Shown here piece after piece: positions 1 to 11,769 of a DNA stretch of 64,000 nucleotides; position 1 is the first letter of the stretch; the number at the start of each line of letters is the position of its first letter. The DNA is from Cetorhinus maximus (lineage: Eukaryota): the NCBI RefSeq assembly GCF_964194155.1, contig NC_135884.1, positions 34,162,001 to 34,226,000 of the forward strand, read 5' to 3'. The position numbers were made by a program, and so were the translations under genes. Under the pieces are notes generated by a model. That model did not search any database, was not told where the DNA came from, and was given only the letters and a program-made list of their open reading frames with translations.

Positions 1-31
1 TGACTTAATTCTTATCCTTTTGTCTACTTAC

Positions 32-218
32 CTATTACTCCACTCTATCTTGGCGTTTTTATGAGTTTTTTGAAGTACTGAAATATTGTGATAAAGTTGT
101 ATTGCATAGCAGATGTTGAAAATATATTGTAGTGAGAAGCAGCAATCAGCAGAGTCTTCAGGCTTGCTGATCAAGAAAACATACAATTGTGAACCATTCA
201 GTCTTTGTCCTCTGGCCT
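32..218 (-). other. Candidate internal exon of the minus-strand gene whose promoter is at ~8.7 kb
   Basis: Minus strand has a cctttcag acceptor (219-220) and a gtaagt donor (26-31). One frame is open (ARGQRLNGSQLYVF...KIEWSNR) and phase-compatible with the 8659 donor. The peptide is not recognised. Confidence 0.25.
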
Positions 219-1034
219 CTGAAAGGTTGTGTTGCACAGAGACACCTGAGGCTTCCAATTGTCAGTGAAGACCTATGTTGTTCAATCATTCCACTTTGTT
301 GCTCAGGAGTCATAAGAACATAAGGAATAGGACCAGGGGTAGGTCATTTGATCTTTCTATCCTATGACATTACTGGTAAAATAGAATCCAATTACAACCC
401 TTCTATGAAATAATTATATTGAACAATATCATGCACCCAGGCAGGAGAAAGTCTTCTACTTCTGCAGAATGGAAAAGATCTTGTGCAGTTTATCTGGCCT
501 GCAAGTATTGAATCTTTTCTCCTAATATAAATTTACTGTCACCATGTCCATATGATGCAATGTGCAGAACATGTTAATGAGGGGCTGAGGCAGTCACAGA
601 AATCAGTGTTATCATCTGTATAGGGATATTTTCCTGTCAAATTAACCATATTGCAAGATGCTGTTAAAGCAAAATTTATACTCTCTGGTTTGTTTAATAG
701 CCACGGTGGGATCACCTATAGGGTACATACGAACTAACAGTGCATTATATCGTTGATGGTCTTAATATTAAAGACCCATGCTGCATATATATCAGATGAT
801 ATTTGTAACCAGATGCCAACAATGGGCATTATCATTTTACTGGGGCCTTTCTGTGATTGTTTGGTGAATTGATTGGTGAATTTTGAAAGGGGAAAAATGA
901 TCACACATGATTGAGCTGGAAGGTTAAAGCGGGGGTCAGGGGGGTGGTGGGGGTGGGGGTTGTGCAATAAGGGGCCCAAAAACAGGAGAAGCACCAGGGC
1001 ACATAATGTTGCTCCCTGGCCCTGCCTCGAACAT

Positions 1035-1152
1035 TGCAGTACCCCCTCAGAGTATCAAGTAGATTTTTGTGCTCAAGTTTTTGTAGTGGGAATTGAACCT
1101 ACAACCTTCTGACTCAGAAGTTTGAGTGCTACCATCTGAGCCATGGCTGACA
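1035..1152 (-). mobile_element. DeuSINE/SacSINE1-like SINE, 5' fragment (tRNA-derived head)
   Basis: Minus strand reads TGTCAGCCATGGCTCAGATGGTAGCACTC...GGTTCAATTCCCACT with A-box-like and B-box-like motifs; same family as 34832-35277. Confidence 0.7.
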
Positions 1153-2077
1153 TAGTTGAATAGTTCAGATATAAAGAATATGGAGATAAATTCAAATTTG
1201 GCTCAGAACACAAAACAGGTGGCAGTGGATCTCATCACCCATTATGCATCCTGCCCAATTTTCCTTTTCATTCATTTCAGTGGAATGGAAAATTAGGTTG
1301 GGGTGTTTAGCAGGAAGCTGATTTGCACAATATGCTGTGCATCCTTGTCGAAATTAAATTTTACCCAACATAGGATAACTTCAATGGCCAGGGTGCCAAA
1401 TGGGCAGTCATTCCGATAGTACTTGTTTTACATCATTGACAAAGGTTAAAATTACCCCCGTTCTGTACTTCACTTGATTTCTGAGGTTGTTTATAGGAAT
1501 TGACAGTTATACATTCATATTACTGTCATAGTGTTCAATATTTATGCCTGCTGTATGTGATACAAGATGTAAACGATAGGATGTTAACTTTACATAATTG
1601 ATTTTTCTTAAATTGAAAAACAAAAATAAACACAATGGGTTAGTGTGATTTATAGTTGATATGTCATCCGCCTCGGCGATTTACCTGAGGGAAGTTTACA
1701 ACGCAACAGCAAACATGTTAAACATAATTTTCCAAAATTATTTGGAAATGGGAATTGCACAAATCCTGCTTTGTATTTATGTTCCCGTTCATCAAGAGAA
1801 AAACAATAAACCAGGCAATTTTAAACAACTTAGCAGAAAAATTAGAGATCATAATGAAGTTTTGAGATAGTAAATAGTGAAAGTTTATTTCCATTAGTCA
1901 ATGATTGGTAAAAAAGGTTACAAACTTCAGATCAGGAAGCATTAAAGGGAAATTTAGTAGAAACCCGTTCATACAAAAAGTGCATCACCACAGGGATTAG
2001 TGAAGTCAATTTAACCATAATGTTAAAAAAAATAGTTGGCGAAACGCTTCAAAAAAAAGGCTACAGGGAATGAGCAG

Positions 2078-2974
2078 GGGCTGGATTTAACCGAGCTCGC
2101 TCGAGTGGGCTAGGCGGCAGGTGACCCACATAATCGTGGGGAAGGTTGCGCGCATCCCATTCCAACCAGTAGGAAAACTGACCCCATTGTTAGTAACTCT
2201 TTCGAGTTATCAACAGATCGCATGTAACTCTTTCGAGTACATTCACAGTTCTTGGTTTCCAGGAGTGGGACATGAACCCACAACCTTCTGGCTCAAAGGC
2301 GAGGGTGCTATGAACTGAGCCACAGCTGACACCTCCCCACCATTGTTAGTAGTGGAAATGGGCTGATGCAGGGAACCTGCCCAATGGCTAATTGGGCTCA
2401 TTAACAAGCCACTTAAAGATATTATTCCTGAGCCCACCAGGATTTAGTGATGGCTCAGGGATTCTCCTGAACTCACATGTGTTTCCCGTGCCTCCTTAAG
2501 GCTGCCCAGCAAAACTTGTCAGAGTTTCTACGAGCCTCCCGGGAAGATCCCTCTTTCAAAGGCATTTAGTGCCCGACGTAGGGACCCAGCATCGGGAAGG
2601 GGGATGCTCAGAGCCACCCCCTGCCCTTGCATCCAATCCTCCTCCCACTCCCTCACTGGTAACCCCTTCCCCATGACCCCCAACCCATCCTATCACCTTT
2701 TTCCAGGGATCCCACGATGATCTCACTGTCTAGTAACAGCCACCAATGCCAGTGGCGCTGCCTTTACTGGAAAGCTGCCAGCTTCCGACTGGCTGGCAGC
2801 TCTCGGTGGACGGGATTTGCATGGCCAGGGTGCTAAATCCCAGGAAAAGCCTACGCTGGCCACTTCAGTGCCTGACAGGCACTTCGATCAGGCCTCCCCA
2901 CTGAAGCAACGTAGGTCTCCCGCCGTTCTTCAACCGGTAAGCGGGACCCGCATCAAGAACACTAAATCCAGTCC
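2078..2974. mobile_element. Non-autonomous Harbinger-type MITE
   Basis: TIRs GGGCTGGATTTA (2078-2089) and TAAATCCAGTCC (2963-2974), with a 3-bp CAG duplication at 2075-2077 and 2975-2977. Confidence 0.75.
2196..2339 (-). mobile_element. Short tRNA-headed SINE with twin GAAA hairpin tail (copy A), nested in the MITE
   Basis: 12-bp TSD ccattgttagta at 2184-2195 and 2340-2351; closely similar to the two copies at 20570-20875. Confidence 0.85.
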
Positions 2975-3020
2975 CAGGAAAATTTAAATGAAGTAGAACT
3001 CCAGTGGTAAGTAACAGTGG

Positions 3021-3117
3021 AACAAAAACAAAGATAGCTGGAAAAATTCAGCAGGCCTGACAGCATCTGCAGAGAGGAATACAGTTAACGTTTCGAGTCC
3101 ATATGACTCTTCATCAG
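3021..3117 (-). mobile_element. Short Penelope-like repeat carrying a minimal hammerhead-ribozyme motif
   Basis: 12-bp TSD aagtaacagtgg (3009-3020, 3118-3129). Minus strand reads CTGATGA-A-GAGTC-atatg-GACTC-GAAA-CGTT. Confidence 0.7.
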
Positions 3118-3639
3118 AAGTAACAGTGGCACAGATATGATGGGCTAAAATAAAACCTCTATGATTCAGGACATCAATAAGGTTCAAATAAGTAAAACAA
3201 GATTTTGCAATAAATGAGCAAATAAAGATTAGACGATGTTAAGCTTAGATCTTATAAGCCTGAAGATGGCAGGAGGGAGGAAAGATTGAAAAGAGAGAGA
3301 GAGAGAACGCAAGGCACTCCATAGTTTTGGGGTCCTGCAAGAGAATGGAGTTAAAGTAAGCTATACAATGAGTGTTGATTTCAATGGAGTGAGAATGCAG
3401 AGAGGACAAACAGTAGATGGGCAGCTTTTCTACTGCTTAGCTGTAAAAAGTCAGGAACGTTCAGAGGATTGTTGACCATAATAATATTGAACAAGTAAAA
3501 AGCACCGAGAAAGTTTATGACAGAAAGAGGTGGGGCGGGGGGAGATGGTTGAGGTTTAAGGTAAACGATACAAAGTTGAATGGAAAGTAAACACTGAGGA
3601 GGACACAAAGAGGCTGCAGAAGGATGTGGAGAGGTTGGG

Positions 3640-4410
3640 TGAGCAATCATGATTATGGCAGATGGAGTACAATGAGGTGGAGTGTGAAGTTATCCACTTC
3701 AATAAAAATAAAAAAGAATAATATTTTTTGAATGGTGAGAGACTGGAAGACTTTTGCACTCAGAGGAACCTGGGTGTCCTAGTACATGGATCACAAGAAG
3801 TTGCCATGCAAGCACAACAAGTCATCAGGAAGGCAAATGGTATGTTTACTTCAATCACTTTGTAACAAAAGTTAAAAATAAAGAAGTCTTACGGCAATTA
3901 TACAGGGAATTGGAAAGACTACATCTGGAATACTGTATGCAATTTTTGGCTCCTTACCTAAGGAAGGACATGTTTGCCCTAGAAGAAGTGCAACAAAGAT
4001 TCAGTAGATTTGTAGTAAAAATAGAAAATGCTGGAAAAACTCAGCAGGTCTGACAGCATCTGTGGAGAGGGAAACAGAGTTAATGTTTCGAGTCCACATG
4101 ACTCTTCTTCAGGGGAAACTAGAACGTGGGGTCAGTCTCAGAAAAAGAGGTCAGTCATTTAGGACTCAGATGGGAAGAAATTTCTTCACTCAAAGGTTGC
4201 CAATCTTTGAAATTCTGTACCCCAGAAATCTATGGATGCCCAATCACTGAGAATATTCAAGACAGAGGTTGATAGATTTTGCGGCATTAAAGAATATGAG
4301 GATAGTCCAGGAAGATGGAGTTGTGGTAGAAGATCAGCCATGATCTTCTTGAATGGCAGAATATGCTTGAGGAGCCAAATGGCTCACTCCAGCTCCTATT
4401 GCTTATGTTT
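3640..4410 (+). mobile_element. CR1 LINE 3' fragment interrupted by a short Penelope-like repeat (~4018-4111)
   Basis: Degenerate RT C-terminal peptides (LEYCMQFLAPYLRKD, NFFTQR) and a CR1-type 3' UTR. Confidence 0.75.
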
Positions 4411-4789
4411 TCATATGACTAACTTTCTCCTTGTTAATCTATGGGGTGAAAATCTTCTTGGATAGCAGTGCAAAAAGGGCTGGTGAAGTTAATGGAAAAG
4501 GGAATTATATGGCATAAAATGGGCTGTTGATTTGCAAGCTTAACCTTCTTCATTTATGAAAAGGAGTCCAGCTCTCTAGTCTCTCCTGATAACTAAAGCC
4601 TCAAATCCAGTACATATGGGGTAGAATATATTCAGAATAGTCACGTAAGAACTGCAGCATTATTATTTGTCATTTTTAACTTATTACATTTTTCTTTCTT
4701 GTTAAGTTACCTATTCCTTCACAGCACCTCATTGAGTGACTCCCACTTATTTTCTGGGCATCATCCTCCTCCAAGGTTCTAACCTACCA

Positions 4790-7700
4790 TAGCCCTCAAA
4801 GCACGTCTTTGTCTGGTTTCTCTCCTATTACCCCTCCTGCCTTTTCCAAGTTCAAATTGTCCACGAGACACACATCCTGCTCTCTCGACCCTAATCCTAC
4901 TAAGCTACTGATCACCCAACTTTCCTTCCTAGTCTTCATGCTATTTATTATTGTTAATGTCTCCTCTCTTCCAATATTGCATCCCTGCCTTTCAAATTTA
5001 TCATCATCAATTGCACCTTAAAGAACTCATCTTTGACTACTTTGACCTTACAAACTGCCACCCCATCTCCAATTTCCATTTCCTTTCCAAAGTCCTTATA
5101 TGCGAACATACGAACAAGGAGCCAGCGTAGGCCATTCAGACCCTCAAGCCTGCTCCGCCATTTAATATGATCATGGCTGATCTGATGGTAATCTGAAATC
5201 TGCATCCTACCTATTGCCAATAACCTATCACCCCCTTGCTTACCAAGAACCTATCCACTTCTGCCTTAAAAATATTCACTCTACTTCCATCACCTTTTCA
5301 GGGAGACAGTTCCAAAGATTCACGACCCTCTGAGTGAAAAAATTTTGCCTCATCTCTGTTTTAAATGGGCAACCCCTTATTTTTAAACAGTGACCCCTAG
5401 TTCTAGATTCTCCCACAAGAGGAAACATTCTCTCCACATCCACCCTCAGGATCTTATATGTTTCAATCAAGTCACCTCTTACTTTTCTAAACTCGAGCGA
5501 TACAAGCCTAGTCTGTCCAACCTCTCCTCATAAGATAACACGCCCATTCCAGGTATTAGTCTGGTAAACCTTCTCTGATCTGCTTCCAACGTATTTACAT
5601 CCTTCCTTAAATAAGGTGACAATCCTGTACACAGTACCTCAAATGTGGTCTCACTAGTGCCCTGTACAACTGAAGCATAACCTCCCTGCTTTTGTATTCA
5701 ATTCCCCTAGCAATATATGATAACATTCTATTAGCTTTCCTAATTACTAGCTGTACTTGCATACTAGCCTTTTGTGATTCATATATGTTGTTGCCTCACA
5801 AATCTGTGCCCAACTTTCCCACAAATTGATATTTGAACTTCTGCAATCACATTTCTCCCCCGCCACAGAACTGAACCCCATATCTTATTCATCACAAAGA
5901 CAACCTAGTGCACCTCCATAACCTTGCTCATCTCCAACTCTTTCTCAGCTTATCTGGAGGTAAACCCTCATCCTTGCTTCTTCCCTCCATACTTGATTAT
6001 TCCTATGCTTCCCCTAGATACCCTCCCATCTTCCACCCTTCATAAACTTGAGGTCAACCAAAACTCTGCTACCTATTTCCTAATCCAGGTCAAATTCCAC
6101 TTTTGACCCTAAATTAGATTCCGGTCCACTAACACCAGGATTTTAAAATTCTCATCCTCATGTTCAAATCCATCCATGTCTCTATAAGTTCCACCAGTCC
6201 CACAATGCTAGAAGAATTCCACATTTTTGTAATTCAGACCTGTTTTGCATCCCTTATGGTCTTACCCACACCATTGGCGACCATGCCTTCAGCCATCTAG
6301 GACCTAAGCTCTGGAATTCCCTCCCTAAACCTCTGCACCTCTTTCTCCTCCTTAAAGAGACCACTTTGGGAAATTTTACGTTAAAAGCGCAATATCAATG
6401 TAAACTGTTCTTGTTAACATGTTCACAGCCAAGAAAAATGTCAGTGTAGACAATGTTATCATGCCTACCTGTCCCAGAACTCCATGTTTAAATTCCTCCA
6501 ATCAGGTTTCCCCTTGCCAAAATACCAAAATAGCTCATATCGAAATCACAAATGACATTCTATGCAAGTGTGACAAAAGAAAACTATCCTTCTTGATCTA
6601 TCTGCAGCCTTTGATATGGTTGATCACACTATCCTCCCTCCAACTCCTCTCCACTGGCATCCAGCTGTATGAGGTTGCTCCCACCTATTTTTCATTCTTA
6701 TCTATCTAATCGTGGCTAGAGTATCACTTGCAATGGCTTCTCTTCCTGCTCCCGCATCATTACCTTGGTGACACCAAGGATCTATCCTTGGCCCCTTTCT
6801 AATTCTTATCTACATGCTGTGCTTTGGCAATATCACCTGAAAGCACCACATTAGTTTTCATATGTACACTGATAACACTTAGCTTTACCTCACCACCACC
6901 TCTCTTGACTTTTACTCTATTACTAACCCATCAAACTGCTTACCGACATCCAATGCAGGATGAGCAGAAATTTTATCCAATTAAATATTGGGAAGACCAA
7001 AATAATTTTTTTCAGTCCTCATCACAAACTCTGTTCCTTAGCTACCAACTCCATCCCTCTCCCTGGTAACTGTCTGAGATTAAACCAGGCTTTCATAGCC
7101 TTGACGTCATGTTTGACCCGAGATGATCTTCTGACCATATATTCAAGCCCATCACTAAGGCAGCCTATTTCCACCTTTTATCTGACTCCATCCCTGCCTC
7201 AACTCACCTGTTGCTGAAACCCTCATTCATGCCTCTGTTCCCTCTAAATGACTATTCCAATGCACTCCTGGCTGGACTCCCACATTCTACCCGCCATAAA
7301 CTAGAGGTCATCCAAAACCCTGCTCCCTATATCTTAGCTTGCACTGCTCATTCCTCTATTACTGACCTACATTGGCTCCCAATTAAGCAACGTCTTGATT
7401 TTAACATTCTCATCCTCATTTTTAAATTCCTCCATGGTCTCACCCCTCCCCATCTCTGTAATCTTCAATCCCAACACCCTCACATATATCTGTGCTCACT
7501 AATTCTAGCCCCTTAAGCATCCCTGATTTTAATAGCCTCATAGTTGGTGGCCATGCCTTCAGTTGCCTTGCTCCTAAACTCTGGAATTCCCTCCCTACAT
7601 CTCTCCACCTCACTTTCACTCCTTAAAACATATCTCTTTGACCACATTTTTGGACATTTAACCTAATATATCCTTATGGGGCTTGGTGCCATTCTTTGTT

Positions 7701-8232
7701 TTATAACACTCCTGTGAAGTGCCTCAGCACGTTTTTATTATGCTAAAGACACTATATACATGCAAGTTGTTATTGTTATCAATAATGTACCAAAACGATT
7801 GTTGTCAAAGTTACAAATTATATACTATTTGACTGTGACAAAGGTAAACTAGCCACCTCAACCTTCTCAACTTGTCTGCTGCCTTTGCCATGTTGACCAC
7901 ATGCCTCACCTCTGTAGTCTCCTCCAGCCCCACAACACTCGGAGATACCTGTACTCTTCCAATTCTTGCCTCCTGATATTATCAATTTTCATTGCTCCAC
8001 CACTGATAGCCATTTCTTCAGCTGCCTAGGTACTACGCTCTGGAATTCCCTCTGCCTCTCTCTCCTTTTTTAAGACGCTCCTTAAAACCTACCTCCTTCA
8101 CCAAGCTTTGGCCATCTGCCTTAATATCATCACCTTATGTGGTTTGGTGTCAAACTTTGCTTTATGACTCTCCTGGGAAGCACCTTGGAACGTTTATCAC
8201 CTTAAAGGTGCTATATAAATACAAGTTGTTGT
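4790..8232 (+). mobile_element. Cluster of degenerate L2-clade LINE fragments
   Basis: Peptides SLDPNPTKLL, QLNIGKTKII, DYSNALLAGLP, LHWLPIKQRLDF; repeated 3' tails ending ...gctatataaatacaagttgttg. Confidence 0.7.
5103..5781 (-). mobile_element. CR1 LINE 3' end inserted into an L2 fragment
   Basis: ORF 5276-5470 (ESRTRGHCLKI...NFFTQRVVNLWN); the L2 sequence resumes on the far side; tatatg flanks both ends. Confidence 0.8.
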
Positions 8233-8658
8233 CAATTTCAGAATGAGCCATTTAAAGTTTTTTTCCATATCAGTTACCAGGTCAATCCATTGCTGGAAAT
8301 ATTTATCCCTTCCCTACATTCGCTATACATATTGCAGTTAAAAGTAACATAAACTTTAAACAAATACATACACCAGGGAAATAACTTATCACACCACTGT
8401 TTGACGGTCAAATCAAAATTGCAGGTATGTCGACAGTAATCCTTGTTTGGATAAATTATACTGATTTTGTCTTATTAGAACATATCACTTTGGAGAGAGA
8501 GAAGAAACAATCTGACTTGGTCTCAGAACAAATTAATGCTCGTCCACAGTCGGGTTGCTTATTTAACCGAGATTCATGGTGGATCAGTCCCGAGCTCGCC
8601 CCCAAACTGCCCGAAAGTTTGACGACCCCTCGCCCCGGACACTTGTCGGGTGACTTAC

Positions 8659-8775
8659 TTTGACGACCTGTGTTTATAGCCTCAGTCCGCCGCGGATCCC
8701 AAGCTGCATCCACCGCAAACAACCTGGTTACCATGGAGACGGCATTTCCGGCCTGGCCCCGCTACTTCCGGTCTG
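8659..8775 (-). promoter_or_regulatory. CpG-rich promoter and first exon of a minus-strand gene, with an RFX X-box and ETS sites
   Basis: Local CpG enrichment ~8540-8830; X-box GTTACCATGGAGAC at 8727-8740; CCGGAA(A/G)T ETS motifs at ~8744-8752 and ~8764-8772; minus-strand donor gtaagt at 8653-8658. Confidence 0.6.
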
Positions 8776-9189
8776 GAATCGGCGTGTTGAACGCGGCCCA
8801 TTTCTTGCTCGATTCTGGCCGCTGCATCGTTGGTTGTTATTCCCCATAACTTGTTTTAAATCTGAGACTGCTCAGTTAAATTATATAGCAGTCACATCTC
8901 ATTCATTCCGGTTTAAAAATATATCGATTTTTGTCCTCAGCCTTACGTAATTTGTTGCTTTACGAAATTTTGGTTGCCAAAATTTGGTAAAGCAACAAAT
9001 AAGGTTGTATGTTGTCTCTTCAAGAGGCCGACAGGCTTGTATGCATGAACAATAACTTTAATAATAACAACTATATACAGTCCTGACTAGGTGCTATCTT
9101 CATGCAAACTTATGGCAGACTCACTACTGGCCTACTACTCCCATGTGACTGTCTCCATCACACATGGGCGCCAGTGTGCTGAGAAGCCA

Positions 9190-9600
9190 TTTCAGCTGAT
9201 TCACTAGCTATGACTGGATAAAGATGGAACCAGGTGAGTGCAGTCCCACCCAGCTGGATGACAAGAAGGGCATTGAAAGAGAATTGTGTGATCAACTATA
9301 CCAAAGGCTGCAGACAGGTCAAGAAAGAGAGGAGGGATAGTTTACCTTTGCCATTATCACATAGGATGTTATATCTGACTTTGGTCAGAGCCCTTTCAGT
9401 GTGGCCAGGCAGAAACCTGATTGGAGGGATTCAAACATGGAGTTCTAGGAAAGATGGGCATATATTTGGAAGGTGACATATTGAAGGACTTTGGAAAGGG
9501 AAGTTGGAGATGTAGCGATAGTTTGTAAGGAAGGTGGTGTCAAGAATTGTTTTTTTAGCGGAGGAGTGATGACAGCAGATTTGGAGGGACAGTAATGTAG
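9190..9600 (-). mobile_element. L2-clade LINE fragment
   Basis: Reverse complement resembles the L2 RT region seen at 6480-6720 and 28078-28330. Confidence 0.6.
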
Positions 9601-10199
9601 CAAAATGCATCAGTAAATTTGTGCAGAGTAGCAATGAGATAAATGAAAATATTTTGGTTTAAGTGAGTCATTTAATGCAATGGTTTGTGAAACATTTTCC
9701 CCCACAGACTACTTAGGCATGTGAAAGACCCTGTGGACTACCTCCTGGTCCTACTACACCAGCTTTCACTAGCCAGCACCAAAAAAACTCATCAGAATTA
9801 ACGAGAAGAATGTCACTGCTTTTGATGAGACATTAGTGAGGTGATGTCTGGTTGCAAGCTGCAGAGCTTTGGTCTCATGTCAGGCTCCACATTTAACCAG
9901 TTCGTCCCCTTTTGTTTCCAGCTCCAGAAATGCTGAAATCCAATCTTGCATATGTTGTAAGTTACATAAGACTTGCTTATAAACTACATTATTGCTCACA
10001 CTTATGACCACTCATGCAGGAACCAGTCACTTTGTGTGACATCATGCGAGTGGTGGGTTGAGGGTTCTAGCCTGTGGCCTCAGTTGTAGTGTTGCTCGTC
10101 AGTGACTTGCATTTTGGACCAGTCTGCAGACTATCTGTAGGATCCTCTGGTATAGAGATGTGTTGGTGAGGTCATTAGATGAATTCCCTAGTTCTTCTT

Positions 10200-10765
10200 C
10201 ACCATCTATTTCTACCTCCCTAACATGGCCCGACCATTCCTGCATTAGCCCATCTGCCGCCCAAACTCTGGTCTGCGCCTTTACCTCTAGGCATGACTAT
10301 TCCAACACACCACTGGCTGGCCTCCCACATTTTATGTTGTCTAAACTTGAGGTCATCCAAAACTTGGCTGCCCATTTCCTTACCCTCACCAAATCTAGTT
10401 CACCTATCATCCTTGTGCTTGCTGACGTACGTTGGCTCCTGGTTAAGGAACTCTTCCATTTTAAATTTCTCAACTCCTTCCTAGCTCTGTAATCTCCAAC
10501 CTTCTGAGATATCTGCACTCCAATTATGGCCTCTTGAACATCCCCAATTTAAATTCTGACCATTGGTAGTTGTACCTTTAGCTGCTAAAAGCCCAAGCTC
10601 TAAAACTACCTCCCTAAACCTCTCCACCTCTTTCCTCATTTAAGGCACTCCCTCTTTGACCAATCTGCCCTGTGGCTCGGTGTCAAAATTTTGTTTGATA
10701 AAAGCCTTCTGAAGCACCTTGGGATGTTTTGTTATGTTTAAGGCACTAAATAAATATTTTGTTAG
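10200..10765 (+). mobile_element. L2-clade LINE 3' fragment
   Basis: Peptide FTSRHDYSNTPLAGLP...KLEVIQN plus the same 3' tail as the other L2 copies. Confidence 0.65.
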
Positions 10766-10989
10766 TGTTCAAAATACAGGTACAGCAGACAAATTCACCC
10801 TTGTAACCTCACAATTGCCCACAAAAATCAAGGGGGAAACAATTTCAAGAAAGGGTGTCCCTGTACACATTACCTTACATTATGGTTGCTTCATAGTGCA
10901 AACAGGGCTGGACAATTACATACACAGGCGTATCATTGAGAGCAGGAAAATAATGCAGTTTGATTGAAGAGTGTGGAATACAGAATCTG

Positions 10990-11400
10990 AGGAGCTGCTC
11001 TACATTGAGGAGTCCAAATGCAGATTAGTTGATCGTTTTCCTGAACACCTGTTCAGTCCAAAAGTGTAATCCTTGTTTCCAGTTGATAGCCATTTTAATT
11101 TTATGACCCACTAACTCTGACCTTCACCTCCAACACCGTCCCAATGAAGGTCAACAAATGCTCAAGGAACAAACCACATTTTCCTACCAGGCACTTAGCA
11201 ACCTCCTGGACTCAATATAATGACCACTGCTTCATTATTTTGCATGGCATCTGGTAATTAGCCATTTACAGTTCCCCTTGACCCATCTTTTGTTTCTTGT
11301 TCCATTAAAAACTCCTTCTGCCTTGCACCCATCAGCCTTTTTGTCATTTAATCAATACCATCTTCCACACGATCATAGACCTTCCTTCCCTTTGGTTCTT
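10990..11400 (+). mobile_element. Penelope-like element 3' fragment
   Basis: ctctacattgaggagtccaaatgcagatta...gaacacc resembles a degenerate GIY-YIG (YIGET...RL..R..EH) region; similar to 58250-58780. Confidence 0.5.
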
Positions 11401-11769
11401 TCAGGAAGAGTTGCAAGGAAAGAAAATAAGCTTGTCTCAATGACTTTGAAGATGAAAGGAGTAAAATACAATTGAACCGTTTCTTGATCACCACCCTTTC
11501 TATTGAACTCAATATCCACCCTCCACTATTAACAAGCTTATTTTGACATCAGTTCACAGCTTCCTCACTTCTCAACATGGACAAGAGCAGATTTAACATG
11601 TTGTTGTATTTCTAAGTTCTTTCCCAATGTCACTTATGACCTGTACTGTTTCTTCCTCACCAACTCACTTTCATATGGAATTTGCCTTCCAGATGTCTTT
11701 ATTGACTTTTCACCAGATTACCCAACTTAGTTTATGCCATTTTCTTTAAAAAACTTATTGATGAATTTT

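Noticed and set aside
1661-1870. 69-aa ATG-initiated ORF (MSSASAIYLREVYN...)
   Set aside because: No recognisable homology, promoter or consistent splice partners.
9010-9162. Possible solo LTR (TG...CA ends, ATTAAA on the minus strand)
   Set aside because: No matching target-site duplication and no second copy in the window.
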